NCBI GenBank assembly: GCA_963765895.1
Contig: CAVXZB010000025.1
Location: 1 to 64,000 of the forward strand
Direction of reading: 5' to 3'
Origin: an uncultured Nitrososphaeraceae archaeon
Lineage (GTDB): Archaea; Thermoproteota; Nitrososphaeria; Nitrososphaerales; Nitrososphaeraceae
Length of the DNA: 64,000 bases
In this document: one piece after another, positions 13,034 to 24,320 of the stretch
How the letters are laid out: each line of letters opens with the position of its first letter
Position numbering within the stretch: the stretch's first letter is position 1
Notes under the pieces: generated by a model
The model's database searches: none
Seen by the model: only the letters and a program-made list of their open reading frames with translations
What the model was told of the DNA's origin: nothing
Translations under genes and position numbers: made by a program

Positions 13034-13294
13034 AAATTGATATCGCTGGATAATAGCAATTAGTCGATGTGAATCAACATACTAATTCCGTTAATATGCA
13101 ATACGTTTAACACATCCGGATAACACCGGATTATTAACACATTCGGCATAATCATCCCAGGAATAGGATTATAATAAGATAGGAGCAATGCCAGATTATA
13201 AATACTATCTAAAATGCTGCGTCCTAGGTGTAGACTGATATCATAGGATAGTAATATAATTTATGTATGCTGATCATGAGGCGCGTACTAAATG
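13034..13294 (+). repeat. Dispersed non-coding repeat R, copy 1
   Basis: Contains TGCCAGATTATAAATACTATCTAAAATGCTGCGTCCTAGGTGTAGACTGA ... TTTATGTATGCTG ... GAGGCGCG, shared with the other copies. Confidence 0.9.
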
Positions 13295-13363
13295 CCTTAC
13301 GAAGTGGTCTCTCCACTGTCATCAGTGTCATTTATCGATAGTCTACCAGCAGACAAACATGCC

Positions 13364-14293
13364 TTAAATGATTGGGAGTTCCCAAGTATCATTTAAGTTT
13401 ATAGAACCATCAGATCCACCGAACAGAACTATACAATTTCTCTCGCTATCATATGCCATTGAATGGAAAGCTCTGACAGAAGGACCCATATTTTGTCGTT
13501 GTGTCCATAAAGAGCCCTTCCAATCCCAAGTGTCATGGTTCAATACAACTAGATTGATACCACCAAATAGTACAGCTCGACTACCAGTATATACCATATC
13601 TCCAGCCGCAAGAGGGCCAGGTCCCATATCTTGCACCTTGACCCACACACTATTCTTCATTCGCCATGTGTCCCCAAAAAAGTTCGTAAGATCGGCACCC
13701 CCAAAAAGAAGGATCGCTTTCTTAGAAGATTCGTATACCATTGAATGATGTGCACGTACAGATGGTCCAGTATCTGCGACTTGTATCCACTCAGTTCCAT
13801 CCCACTCCCAGGTATCATTAAATATAGAAGTTAGACTGCTACCTCCAAAGAGAATTATCTTTGACCTATCTGAATCATATGCCATGGCATGAGCTCCTCT
13901 AGGTGATGGTCCAGTATCCGCTATTTGCACCCATTCATTCCCATCGTATTGCCATGTATCACCTTTGACTACACTTCCATCGAAGCCTCCAAAGAGAATC
14001 AGCTTGTCTCTATGAGAATCGTATACCATCCTATGCAATGTTCTTGGCGATGGTCCAGTATCCGCGATCTGAGTCCATGTTTGATCTATCCATTCCCAAG
14101 TATCGTTTCTAGGTCCATCATTTATCGATCTTCCTCCAAAAGCTATTGTTTTTCTTGAGGTCGAATCAAATGCCATTGAAAACATATACCTTGGCGATGG
14201 TCCAATATCTTGTTTTTGGACCCATCTCCAAATTTCTGAAACCAATGTTATACAAGTATATTCTATATACTTATGAATTCTGGTTTTCTCCAC
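13364..14293 (-). CDS. Kelch-repeat beta-propeller protein
   Basis: Six repeats of GPSPR..MAYDS....ILFGG.......DTWEW. Confidence 0.9.
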   Translation of the reverse strand: MEKTRIHKYIEYTCITLVSEIWRWVQKQDIGPSPRYMFSMAFDSTSRKTIAFGGRSINDGPRNDTWEWIDQTWTQIADTGPSPRTLHRMVYDSHRDKLILFGGFDGSVVKGDTWQYDGNEWVQIADTGPSPRGAHAMAYDSDRSKIILFGGSSLTSIFNDTWEWDGTEWIQVADTGPSVRAHHSMVYESSKKAILLFGGADLTNFFGDTWRMKNSVWVKVQDMGPGPLAAGDMVYTGSRAVLFGGINLVVLNHDTWDWKGSLWTQRQNMGPSVRAFHSMAYDSERNCIVLFGGSDGSINLNDTWELPII

Positions 14294-14952
14294 TGATAAA
14301 GTATGAGTATATTTTTATTCTAAATGTGGCACGACCTCGAGTAAAGCAAACCTGTTTCATACTATAGTAAAGCTTATTAATATTGAGATCAGACATCCAA
14401 ACATGACGGATTGTGATGCTAATCGCTGTCATATATCATGCGATCCTGGACAGGGATGTAGATGCGTATATATTTACCAGTGCAGGCTTCACCAAATGGA
14501 CAATGCATATGTGAATGCTATGATCCCGAGGATAAGACTGGAAAGGTAACAGTAACGATAGGAGACGTTGTAAAATCTATACCAATTCGTAAATTCAAAC
14601 CAGGATTCAAAACAACTACCAGAACAAAAATGGATATCTGTACAGTAATTTTCTGGCATCAGCGCTTGCTGAAATCCTAGATAGAATCCTTCTGATAAAA
14701 TATTTGTTCCGGCAAACAATGCAGATGTCAGAATTAAATTGAGATCAAGAAAGAGTACGGTATCTCAGATAGTTAAATCTGCAGGTTTCATTCTAAAAAG
14801 ATAGTTAGTGGGCGTGCTAAATGATGTGCTGTATATAGACGATCCAAGTAATGATCGATACTAAAATGTCAGTCAATACTAAGAAAAGACCTTTTGAGAG
14901 ATTAAGATTTGTTATGAGATTAAAAGATAATTGACATACCTGCTTTGTACTA

Positions 14953-15393
14953 ATGAAAGTGCTTCCACATGTCATGAGAAATATCAACGAATTCAACATA
15001 TCTACTAGAAATTCTCTAGGATATGAAATATTGTACTCTGGTGTAAATCTCATACTCATGTTTGATTATAGACTAGCTTTTGATGTAGAGGTAACAAATT
15101 CAGATAAAGAAATCGAAGTTCTAATCGTGAGTAGAAAAGATGTACTGGCGTGGAAGGAAAATAGTGAAAGTAAAAGGCATGAAATTAACTCCTACTACAG
15201 CAGAAGTGGATTAAAAATTAATGATGTCTTTAAGCCTACTACAAGTGACGCATATGCATTTGTTCTAAACAATCGAAGATCTTCTATCAGCCAAGAAGTA
15301 AAAACAGTTGAAGTTATGTTGATTCATAATTGGCAACAGGAGGTAAAGGAGTCTCAATTAAAGGATCGCCCTAAAGAACAACAGATTAAATAA
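14953..15393 (+). CDS. Hypothetical protein
   Basis: 146-aa beta-rich ORF (YAFVLNNR). Confidence 0.5.
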   Translation: MKVLPHVMRNINEFNISTRNSLGYEILYSGVNLILMFDYRLAFDVEVTNSDKEIEVLIVSRKDVLAWKENSESKRHEINSYYSRSGLKINDVFKPTTSDAYAFVLNNRRSSISQEVKTVEVMLIHNWQQEVKESQLKDRPKEQQIK

Positions 15394-16089
15394 CGATATC
15401 GAAGTTATGTCTTCATTTCAAGAGACATCAAACTACTCATTCTTCTAAGATGATATTTCTGGAAAGTTATATTTTTCTATACTGCTGAAGCGACCAAAAT
15501 CGGCATTATAGAAAAATAGATTTTCAAGAATCTATATTTACCATTATTAGTTAAAATTGCTAACTTGATTCTTTAAAAAGATGTCTATTCGGTGTGCGCC
15601 ACCGACTATCCCCTATCTTATAATCAGGCTGAAGAAAAGACCAAATATAACCATAGAGAATCCTCTTCATTTATCCGAGGTTCAATGGCATATAGGGATT
15701 TCATATTTAAATTGTTAAAGTATTATTGTAGCGTGACCAATTGATCGCTCTGTTTCCATCATATGAGATATAATTATCTTATGTTATTAGTTGCCCTTTA
15801 TCGTCCTGGTCATCATTTTCAGTTGCAGTAGTTTCGTAGTTATCTTTTTGTAAAAAAATTTCGCATATCTGTTATTCCCCTGAAATGCATATAGTTTTGC
15901 CATGCCTTCCGTATTTTTTTATAACTTCCACGAAATTGTTTAGTAGAAGTATTGACCACTTGCCTTTTCAGAACTGGTTTGCAAGAGTACCTCTTACGGA
16001 TGTTAAGGGTATGCTAACAGAAACATCCCTATTCCACTAAAAATATATCGAACGGGAACGGAAGTCTATTATCGTAGTCGATGTTGTAG

Positions 16090-16668
16090 TCAATTGAATT
16101 CACAATTGCCGGAAGGTACCTCATGAAATGCGCAATGTCCAACGGCAATTACATAGAATCCTACTCTAGTCAATTGCGATTTCCATAAAGCTGCAATATC
16201 GGCCTTTAAGGTAAGTTGCTTTGTATTACTATCAAACTCTGCTGGCAATACACTATCGACTCCCATTCCGTTTGGTGTATCTTGAGAAGTTATAGTATTT
16301 GTGGTCATAGATGTGATTGCAGCTGGTTTTTCCTTCCAAATTGGACCTATATTTCTGATAACTAGTTGATCTCTCGCCCATTGCCTAAAATTACCATCCG
16401 GACCGTTAAAATGTATTAATGCTACTCCTGAACGAATTACCATGTCTTTGCCATCACCAGTTTTTATTGTCAACTGTTGTGGGTGATCAATTGCAAATGG
16501 AGTTATTATCGCGTTTGCGCTATGGTGCTCGATGCTGAGTATTAGTATTATCAAGAATAAGATTACTGCTGGATACGCTATTATGAGAATTTTTGGAAAA
16601 TCTCTCATTATATCTGATTTATCAGTTGTTTTTTGATTATTTATATGTACTCTTGCCAAATTTTTCAT
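16090..16668 (-). CDS. Secreted or membrane-anchored hypothetical protein
   Basis: N-terminal hydrophobic helix followed by SANA. Confidence 0.6.
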   Translation of the reverse strand: MKNLARVHINNQKTTDKSDIMRDFPKILIIAYPAVILFLIILILSIEHHSANAIITPFAIDHPQQLTIKTGDGKDMVIRSGVALIHFNGPDGNFRQWARDQLVIRNIGPIWKEKPAAITSMTTNTITSQDTPNGMGVDSVLPAEFDSNTKQLTLKADIAALWKSQLTRVGFYVIAVGHCAFHEVPSGNCEFN

Positions 16669-17039
16669 ATCTACTATGTCTTATAGGAAACTTTTATTTA
16701 AAAGATCTTTTATGAACTGAGGACAGGATTGATCATTAAGATGAGATGCAATCAATAATTGTATATGCTAACAGAAAAAACTTACCTACGACGAAAAAAA
16801 TAACCAAAAAAAGAATGTACAGTTAAGTGACATATTGCTACCCGAGATAAACAGTACAATATTTGTTGGTTTATTCCTTTTATCTATCGGATTAATTTTC
16901 TTTTCTATTTTTGAGCATAATAACTTTGTGAAAGAAGTTTATGGTGCCACATCTGCAGGCTCCGAAGTTCTTAACCTTCTAATGTTCATTCATAAACAGT
17001 TTTAGTTCTCTCACTGACAATTTATCATTCAACATTGCA

Positions 17040-17321
17040 TTGTATTCATGTAGACCATCTGGGGAGATTACTTTAAACCCTCATGAGGTCAAAACTATCT
17101 ATTGTCCAGTAAATGCACTAAGTACAGATAGGGTAATAGTTACAAGCAATGACCCAATAATTGAAGTATTAGGTGCACGACCTTTTGGTAATGTAATAAT
17201 ATGGATAAAAAATGACAGGGAGGATAGAATGTCATGGAATTTCGGCACTAATGGATTTTCCATTATGGTTTTCACGGGAGAAGTTAAAGGATATGAGGGT
17301 ACGCCCGGCCCATTTTGTTAA
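17040..17321 (+). CDS. Hypothetical protein, probably the 3' part of a frameshifted secreted protein starting near 16815
   Basis: 93-aa ORF with hydrophobic coding-like sequence upstream. Confidence 0.4.
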   Translation: MYSCRPSGEITLNPHEVKTIYCPVNALSTDRVIVTSNDPIIEVLGARPFGNVIIWIKNDREDRMSWNFGTNGFSIMVFTGEVKGYEGTPGPFC

Positions 17322-17648
17322 TATTACACTGTTTTCAGGAACTGCTGCACATTATGCTGCCAGAGTTAATGTAATAAATTACTACTTACCTTTTTAGAGA
17401 TGAGATCCTATTGCACTGTAGAATAGAAAAGGATCCGCTACAAAGAGATCGTTATGCTAGCTCACTGCAAAGCCTCGACCATAATGAATTTGTAACTGCA
17501 CTCCATTTTAGTTATGATAACCTGGTTACAATTATACAAGCGGCAGGCATGGCAACTTTTATTATATTTCTCGTTTGAGAATTGTGGGTCGATTTATATA
17601 ATCTGTTCATTAACCTGGATATTATATTTTTTCTAATAGAAATTGAAG

Positions 17649-18118
17649 GGAAGTTCTGGCAAGATCCTAAAGAAGCAGTTTAAATTCGAAGATGGAAGGG
17701 AAGCATCAGGTGCTAGAAGGACGATATGGAAAGGAGTGAAGTTAACTGGTATACATTCTAGAAGATGAACAGCAAATGTTGGCAGCCTAACTTAAGTATC
17801 AAGAGTTTCAGACTTACTGGTTTCTTATACTAAAGATACTTTTACTATAGATAGACAACAATCATTTTTGTTTTTCGATATAGATTGCATTGTTGATGTT
17901 TAGAAAACCAACCCTGACGGATTAGATTTGCTAGTTATTCTCATGGAATTTTCACGCTCAGACCACTAGTAATATTCTATCCGTCAGGGTATCCATAGTA
18001 ACCATAGTACATATTCAATTCTATGTAACAAAATTAATTAATTTCTATAAGGAATAGCACGTATTCATAATATGGAAAACCAATATAGTACTATGGATAC
18101 ACTGACATCTCTGACGGC
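17649..18118 (+). pseudogene. Remnant of a primase/helicase 3' end with an iteron cluster
   Basis: One frame reads GKILKKQFKFEDGREASGARRTIWKGVKL, resembling a D5/P4-type C-terminal wHTH. It is followed by inverted ACCCTGACGG/CCGTCAGGGT and GTATCCATAGTA/TACTATGGATAC repeats. Confidence 0.45.
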
Positions 18119-18311
18119 CTAATTTTTGCGAGTACACCAAAAAGCTAAAAGAGCCAGCTACTTATCGAAGAATTGGGGGCCACACATAGGAACACCTGCC
18201 CACAATAAGCCCTCTACTGAAACTTTATGGTCTGATTATAAGTTTTGGGTATTTTCCTTACTAATTTATATAATATTTCTTAAGCAGACTGTCTAGTAAT
18301 ACCTCAGTATC

Positions 18312-19263
18312 GGCTATGTAGAAAACATCATCAATATTACAAGATTAGTCAGTCTATGCATATTGTAGGTGATACATCTAAATGATAACTCTCTGTTCTG
18401 CATTCTAGTCAATCTAGACATAAGATTCTCTCCAAATAGTCGTTTTATAACTGATATTATGGTTTCATCTTTGTTTCGTTGATTGTACAGCAATTTGGAG
18501 TAACCACGCTTCATCTGCTTTCTGTACTTACCATGTGTTCTCCACATCGGTACATGTTCATATCGAGCAGGAATAATACTGAATGCATGTAAGTCCTCTC
18601 TTACGAGAAGGTGATTATCTTCACTATCGTAACCCTTATCAGCTGTAACTACAGATAATGGAAGAATATTTGATGTCCTTGTTATAATTGGCCTGAAATC
18701 TACATTATCATGCCTTGTTGGAGCTCGTCTTATCTTAATTGTACATATGATTTGTTGTAATACATCTACTCCAATAGATAATTTCGCATATTTTCTTCTC
18801 AATTCTGTTCGATCAGTATAATATTGTGATGCATGAGTTATCTTAAATCCTGTTGAATCTATTCCTGCAAAGATATGCTTGGTACCACTAATTACAATGA
18901 ATGACGAAATTATCTTTTCAAGCAATGAATTATTAATTCTATCTATCTGTAAACTTTTGCAATGTTGTAAAATGAGGAATACGTGACAACCGTAGAAATG
19001 ACCTTAGGTAATAGGCTTCAATTAACCACTCGACAAACATTCTATAACTCTTACCTTCATACTGTCGTATAGCAACTAGAACTATGTGCTGCCATATTGT
19101 AAATATGTGATTACTTTTCCTGTTAGAAAATAGAGGAATCCTTGCATGCTTCAAAACACGGAACATAGTACCTGCAAGTCTGACGTACATTGATTCTTTC
19201 AATAGACTATTGGTATTATACTCTTACAAAGCTTTGACTGTATGAGATGGTTTCTACACAGCC
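18312..19263 (-). mobile_element. IS5-like insertion sequence, 952 bp
   Basis: 18-bp TIRs GGCTATGTAGAAAACATC and GATGGTTTCTACACAGCC (16/18 match). 8-bp TSD TCAGTATC at 18304-18311 and 19264-19271. Confidence 0.92.
18314..19202 (-). CDS. IS5-like DDE transposase, frameshifted by a 4-bp ATAG duplication near 18940
   Basis: IPHFTTLQKF, GIDSTG, TADKGYDSE and YNQRNKDETIISVIKR motifs. Confidence 0.9.
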
Positions 19264-19475
19264 TCAGTATCATCAACATCAAATATCTTCGTGGTTCCTC
19301 CCTGACTCATGCATTCCTCAGTGAATTCATAGATATGCCTTGTCAGCGCTTTGATTGCCCCTGATACTATAAGCGGCATCATGCTGTAGTGACCAACTGC
19401 CCCAGGAGGATGCCCGTTCAGGATTGCTGCCGTTTCTATATCACTCTTCGTTGTTACTTTGAATGGATATCCCAT
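19264..19475 (-). pseudogene. Hypothetical gene interrupted by the IS
   Basis: With the IS removed, the frame continues DTEVLLDSLLKKYYIN* on the other side. Confidence 0.45.
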
Positions 19476-19762
19476 TTCTACTGAAATATCGTCTGATTCC
19501 GATGCTTCCCCCTTTCAAACTTTCATCATCGTTGAGTGTTAGGCTCGGCGGGACCATCCACGAGTTCTTCTTAGACATTACTAAGCTGAATTGTACCAAT
19601 AGTGGAGTAAATACTCGGAAGTATCAAATATTGAGATACTATTTCCGCAGGTATTCCTAAATCTTTGATAAGACGATTGATATCCGTAATATTCAAGCTA
19701 TTAACAATGCAGTGCCGCTTCCTGACAATAATAAATATACGAGATGATGTGAATAGGATTTT

Positions 19763-21259
19763 ATGAATTCCAGTATCAACAGAGCATTAATATTTCAAGG
19801 AGGCGGTTCGCTTGGTGCATACGAAGCTGGTGCCTATAAAGCTATTAATGAAGAACTTTCAGCATACTTTAGATCAGTAGGCAGAGGAAACGAGCCAATA
19901 TTTCATATCGTATCCGGAACGTCAATAGGTGCAATAAATGCTCCTTTACTAGTAAGCTATGTAAAGGAAAATAAAACATGGGAAGGATCAGGCGAAAGGC
20001 TTGTCGAGTTTTGGGAATATCTGTCTACTCAGTCGTCTGTTGAAAACATACCATACTTTACAAACTATTGGGATTCTTGGCGTAGATTAGATAGACGAAT
20101 TGCTTCAGGAGAATCTGCCAGAAGATACTTTAGCACTAAGGAATTTATTTTTAGAGGAGTTCCCCATGTGTTTATACCAAAGACACCCTTGCCAGACAAT
20201 AGATTTTTTGATCCTTCAAATACGTGGTATGTCTATGACAATAGACCATTAAAAGAAAGCTTGGAAAAGTTTGCCAAGTTTCCTATTTCCACAAGCTTCG
20301 AGAATAATGAACCAAGACTCTTGCTAGTTGCTGTGGATGTACAAGAGGCTACTCCTGTGGTTTTCGATAGCTACGAAAAAGAGGATGGAACAAGGAAGAC
20401 TGAATATGGCAAATATGGTAGAGTTAAATTTATAGATTCAGCGAAGAATCAGAATGAGAATCAGGAGAAAGAGGCATTTGAGCACGTTATAAGATACGAT
20501 GATGGCATAAAGTCAGATTTCGTTTTGGCCAGCTGTTCAGTTCCAGTTAATTATGACTATACTAGGATAAATGTGGAAACCCGAAACCTGGCCTTGGGAG
20601 AAGGACGAGACGAGAAAAATGTAGCCATGGAGATTAATAATCGGCCTTCAAATGATGAAAGTAATAGCGACTTACGCATCTTCTGGGACGGTGGACTATT
20701 AGCTAATACACCTCTAAGACAGACCTACCTTGCTCACAAGCATTATTGGCAGCGAGTTAGAAAATTAGAAGATAATATACCAAGTCTCAAATTTGGTATA
20801 ATAAATCTCCATCCGATTAAACAAGAATATCCTTCTTATGATTATGATGGCGTTATTGACAGGAAGAACGATATCATATACCATGATAGAACAGAATTTG
20901 ATGAATATGTTGCAGTTCTTATATCTGATTATGCAACACTCGCAGACCAGCTAATTAAATTAGCCGAAGGGAATGGTATGAGTAAAGAAGCACTCCAAAC
21001 AATTTTGAATAGAAAAGCTAAGGCTACTTTTTTAGCCACGGGCAAGCATGGGAGATATATTGATTTAGTAAAGGGTAGAGTAGATATTGATTTTGTTGCT
21101 CGCTTGGAACGAAAGAACGACAGTCATACTATTTCAAATAAGACATTTGACTTTTCAAAAACTACGGTCCGACAGCTAATTCAAGACGGATATGACGAGA
21201 GTAAGGAACAGATGAAAGCAATAGTTGCTAGTTTAAAGAGGGAATTGTCTGGCACATAG
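19763..21259 (+). CDS. Patatin-like phospholipase
   Basis: QGGGSLGAYEAG, GTSIG nucleophile elbow and WDGG catalytic Asp. Confidence 0.9.
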   Translation: MNSSINRALIFQGGGSLGAYEAGAYKAINEELSAYFRSVGRGNEPIFHIVSGTSIGAINAPLLVSYVKENKTWEGSGERLVEFWEYLSTQSSVENIPYFTNYWDSWRRLDRRIASGESARRYFSTKEFIFRGVPHVFIPKTPLPDNRFFDPSNTWYVYDNRPLKESLEKFAKFPISTSFENNEPRLLLVAVDVQEATPVVFDSYEKEDGTRKTEYGKYGRVKFIDSAKNQNENQEKEAFEHVIRYDDGIKSDFVLASCSVPVNYDYTRINVETRNLALGEGRDEKNVAMEINNRPSNDESNSDLRIFWDGGLLANTPLRQTYLAHKHYWQRVRKLEDNIPSLKFGIINLHPIKQEYPSYDYDGVIDRKNDIIYHDRTEFDEYVAVLISDYATLADQLIKLAEGNGMSKEALQTILNRKAKATFLATGKHGRYIDLVKGRVDIDFVARLERKNDSHTISNKTFDFSKTTVRQLIQDGYDESKEQMKAIVASLKRELSGT

Positions 21260-21360
21260 TCACTTTTCAGAATCTAAAATTCCTGTTTTGTTGATATCCT
21301 CTTCTATAACGACCTTATGAGAGGCCTGAGAATAGGGCAAGCCATACCAAGAGCATTATA

Positions 21361-21972
21361 TTGATAAAGCAAGATGTTCGCAACGGGGAACCGGAAACTA
21401 TGCCATTAGAAAGTTTCCCGGTGAGTTCCCCGTCTGAAAATGGTCCAATTCACGCTCAATTTGAGCACAAACTGGGAACCGGGAAACTCGGGGACTTGCC
21501 TTCATCTGTGGCAGGTGAAAATGAAAATGAAGTGGCATCATCTAATGGGCTAGAAGTACCGGTAAGTTCCCCGACTTTCCAGAGTTCCCGTTCTGGCGAA
21601 AATCACGCTCAATTCGCTAGCGATACAAACGGGAACCTGGCGGGGAAGTCGACGGGGTACGCGAGTTCATGTTCCCCATTACACCACGCTTCGTTATCAA
21701 GTACAAACAGCGAGGCAGCCAAAGTCATCTCTGTAACCGACTTCTTTTATGATGATCCAACTATGCCTTACGTAGCGCTACCAGACCATGAATTGGACCA
21801 GAGCCCATGTTGTCATATTATATCTATAAAGGATGGATACTATTACTGTAGGTTGCATCCTGAAATAAAGAACGTACATCTGGAATCCATAGAGCACCAC
21901 ATCAAGCACAAAGATCCAGCGACGCATAAATCAGAGTTATTAAAATTGTCCAAACTTACTCATAACAGCTGA
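21361..21972 (+). pseudogene. 3' remnant of a replication-type protein: iteron-coded low-complexity linker plus Cys/His Zn-finger-like tail
   Basis: GGGAAC/GTTCCC clusters at 21384-21676. Tail YYYCRLHPEIKNVHLESIEHHIKHKDP is duplicated at 27077-27340 and degenerate near 63420. Confidence 0.55.
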
Positions 21973-22111
21973 GATCCTATTGATAGGTAAAAATATCAGG
22001 ATTTGATGAACTTAATATCTTCGACTTTCCAAATCGATGGATTAGGGCTAGCCCTTACAGAAAACCACAATGAGTTCATCTTGTTATACTGTGATGAAAG
22101 AGCTCACAATC

Positions 22112-23132
22112 TTATAGCCGACCGATCAATTGCATGAGTCGCGTCTGCTCATCATCATCATCACCATCATCATCATCACCATCATCATCATCACCATCAT
22201 CACCTGCACCTGTTGTGTGCACTAGCGATACCATTAGCTCGTCAAGTCCCGCCGCCAGAAGTTCGGTAAGCCGAGCAACCACTATTGATTCATTTCCAGA
22301 AATAACCAAGCTATCTACAAGAGCATCGGGTACCGCCTGGTCTGATGTCAATGAAAAACCTGCATTAGAGAACATGGCAGCATAGAAAGGGATCTTAGCA
22401 TAAAAGTCAAGCATTTGATGTCCTGCGGCTAGGACAGCATGCCGATCTTCGGTAACTGCTACCGGTACATATGCCACCAATGGAGGCGGTGATCGTCCAA
22501 CTGCAGCTGCTGATGTACGTAAAGCTGGAATTCCAGTATTAAGCAGATACGGAACAGGACATACCCATGTAAGGGCTCCATCGGCAATTTGTCCAGCTAA
22601 TTGAAATGCTGATTTTCCTAGCGTTGAAATAAGTATGGGAATCTGCGACGTGCGGGGTAATGTGGCTTTAACGTTAAAGAAGTGTCCATGATGATCGACC
22701 TTCCCATGCCAGAGTGCAGCACGCAGGTACTTCCAGATATTCGCGCAGATGGGCTAACGGCGTTTTCTGTTGCAGACCATAAATATCTTCTATAATAAAG
22801 CGGTGACTGGGGCCTATTCCAAGACGCAATCGACCAGGTGCAAGATCGTATAAAGCTAGAAGCTCCTGAGCTAGGACCAAGGGATGACGTGGATAGGTTG
22901 GTGTGATCGAGGTTCCTAGGCGTACTGTAGATGTTCTTGTTGCTGCAGCTGCAAACATCGTTAATACATCTGGCCAAACAGGTGGTTGGGCCATCCATAT
23001 CTGTCGCACTCCGGCAGCTTCTGCTGCAACAATAGTTTTGACCGCAATCGCCGCGTTAGAACCATGTACAATGAGTCCGACGCGTTCTCGTGTCGGCGGA
23101 AGACTTGAAACTTGAAGACTCTGATCCTCCAT
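22112..23132 (-). CDS. LLM-class flavin-dependent oxidoreductase (frameshifted)
   Basis: AEAAGVRQIW, AAAATRTSTVRLGTSI..TYPRHP, GRLRLGIG and AGLDE motifs. Confidence 0.85.
22150..22203 (+). repeat. 15-bp tandem repeat (ATCATCATCATCACC)n encoding a GDDDD tract
   Basis: About 3.5 units visible directly. Confidence 0.85.
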
Positions 23133-23423
23133 TAAAGATTCACCTCGAAGTGTAACCGTTTATTCTCTCAGGGTAGGATATCATGCTGAAGTTTCATTCA
23201 AAATCTACTATTTCAACTTTTAAACAGTACAGTTCGGTTTAACTGGTTTGATAGGTGGCGTAATTTAATGCAACTAGATTTTGGTTCTAACTACGTCAGG
23301 ACGAATAGATTCCTCTAGTTAATCTTAGATGATAGATTGGTAGCAACTGTAGTAAATGACCATGAGTAATTTGAAGTCATTGATGAGCCATCTGTAGCTT
23401 TAACTATGGCCGTATCGACCCAT

Positions 23424-23686
23424 CAAATTGATAATATCTATAGATAGTAGCAGTTAGCAGATTTGAGTCAGCTTATTAGTTCTGTTAATATCCAAATTTA
23501 TAATAAATTGGACAATGTCGGATTCATATGAAGTACAGCAAAATCATACCGGAAAAGCTGGCATTCAATACAGATATGCGGCGTGCCAGATTATAAATAC
23601 TTCTAAAAAAGACAGATCAGATGTATAGATCTGTGCCTCTGGGTCAAGACAAAAAATTTATGTACATTTGTCTAGAGGCGCGCGCC
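23424..23686 (+). repeat. Repeat R, copy 2 (diverged)
   Basis: ATATCTATAGATAGTAGCA, GTGCCAGATTATAAATAC, AAATTTATGTA and GAGGCGCGCGCC in the same order and similar spacing. Confidence 0.8.
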
Positions 23687-24320
23687 TACCACACCAAAAA
23701 GTAAAAAGGAAAGTTAGGATAATAATAATAAAGAGGTGGCTAAGTTACGGTTACGGTCATAACTGCTCCCATTGAAGCACTGTTAGTGATAACGCTGCCC
23801 TACTTTATAGCAGCCATCGCAACGATCATTTATACAAATAAAGAAACCAGAAAAGCAAAAGCAATCACGATATCAATAACAGTAAAGACATAGTCAACGA
23901 TAACAATGATGACCAAATATTACTGCACAGACTTGGAAAAAGCCATAGATTATGATGATATTCGGTACTATAAGCTAGAAGACGATAAGTTTAATGCAGT
24001 CAAAAAGCCTGGTTGGTATATACGTGTAATTTTTCCAAATTAAGAGATCAAATGTATAGATGATGGGCCAGGTATAACGATAAAAAGTAGATACATGTCT
24101 ATCATGAGGCGTGCCAAATAAATGTTGTAAAGATAACAATTCTTTAGTGGAGCGCCCGGCCCATTTCATTCAGTTTACGACGTCTTTTGCGATCATGTTT
24201 CTATGATGTTGGAGAATTGGTGGTGGATCTGCTGTTCAGACATTTTTCAGCAATTTATCTGAAGACTTGGCAGAACCTAGCAGAGGAATATTGAAATAAT
24301 TTGGATATCCCACTATAAGA

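Noticed and set aside
13189-13240. Micro-ORF MPDYKYYLKCCVLGVD inside repeat R
   Set aside because: Start codon and frame are not conserved: ATA in copy 5, an early TAA in copy 4, a frameshift in copy 3.
23612-23634. ACAGATC/GATCTGT stem in R copy 2 as compensatory covariation
   Set aside because: It does not align in register with the TCCTAGG/CCCAGGA stem of the other copies, so it is not valid covariation evidence.
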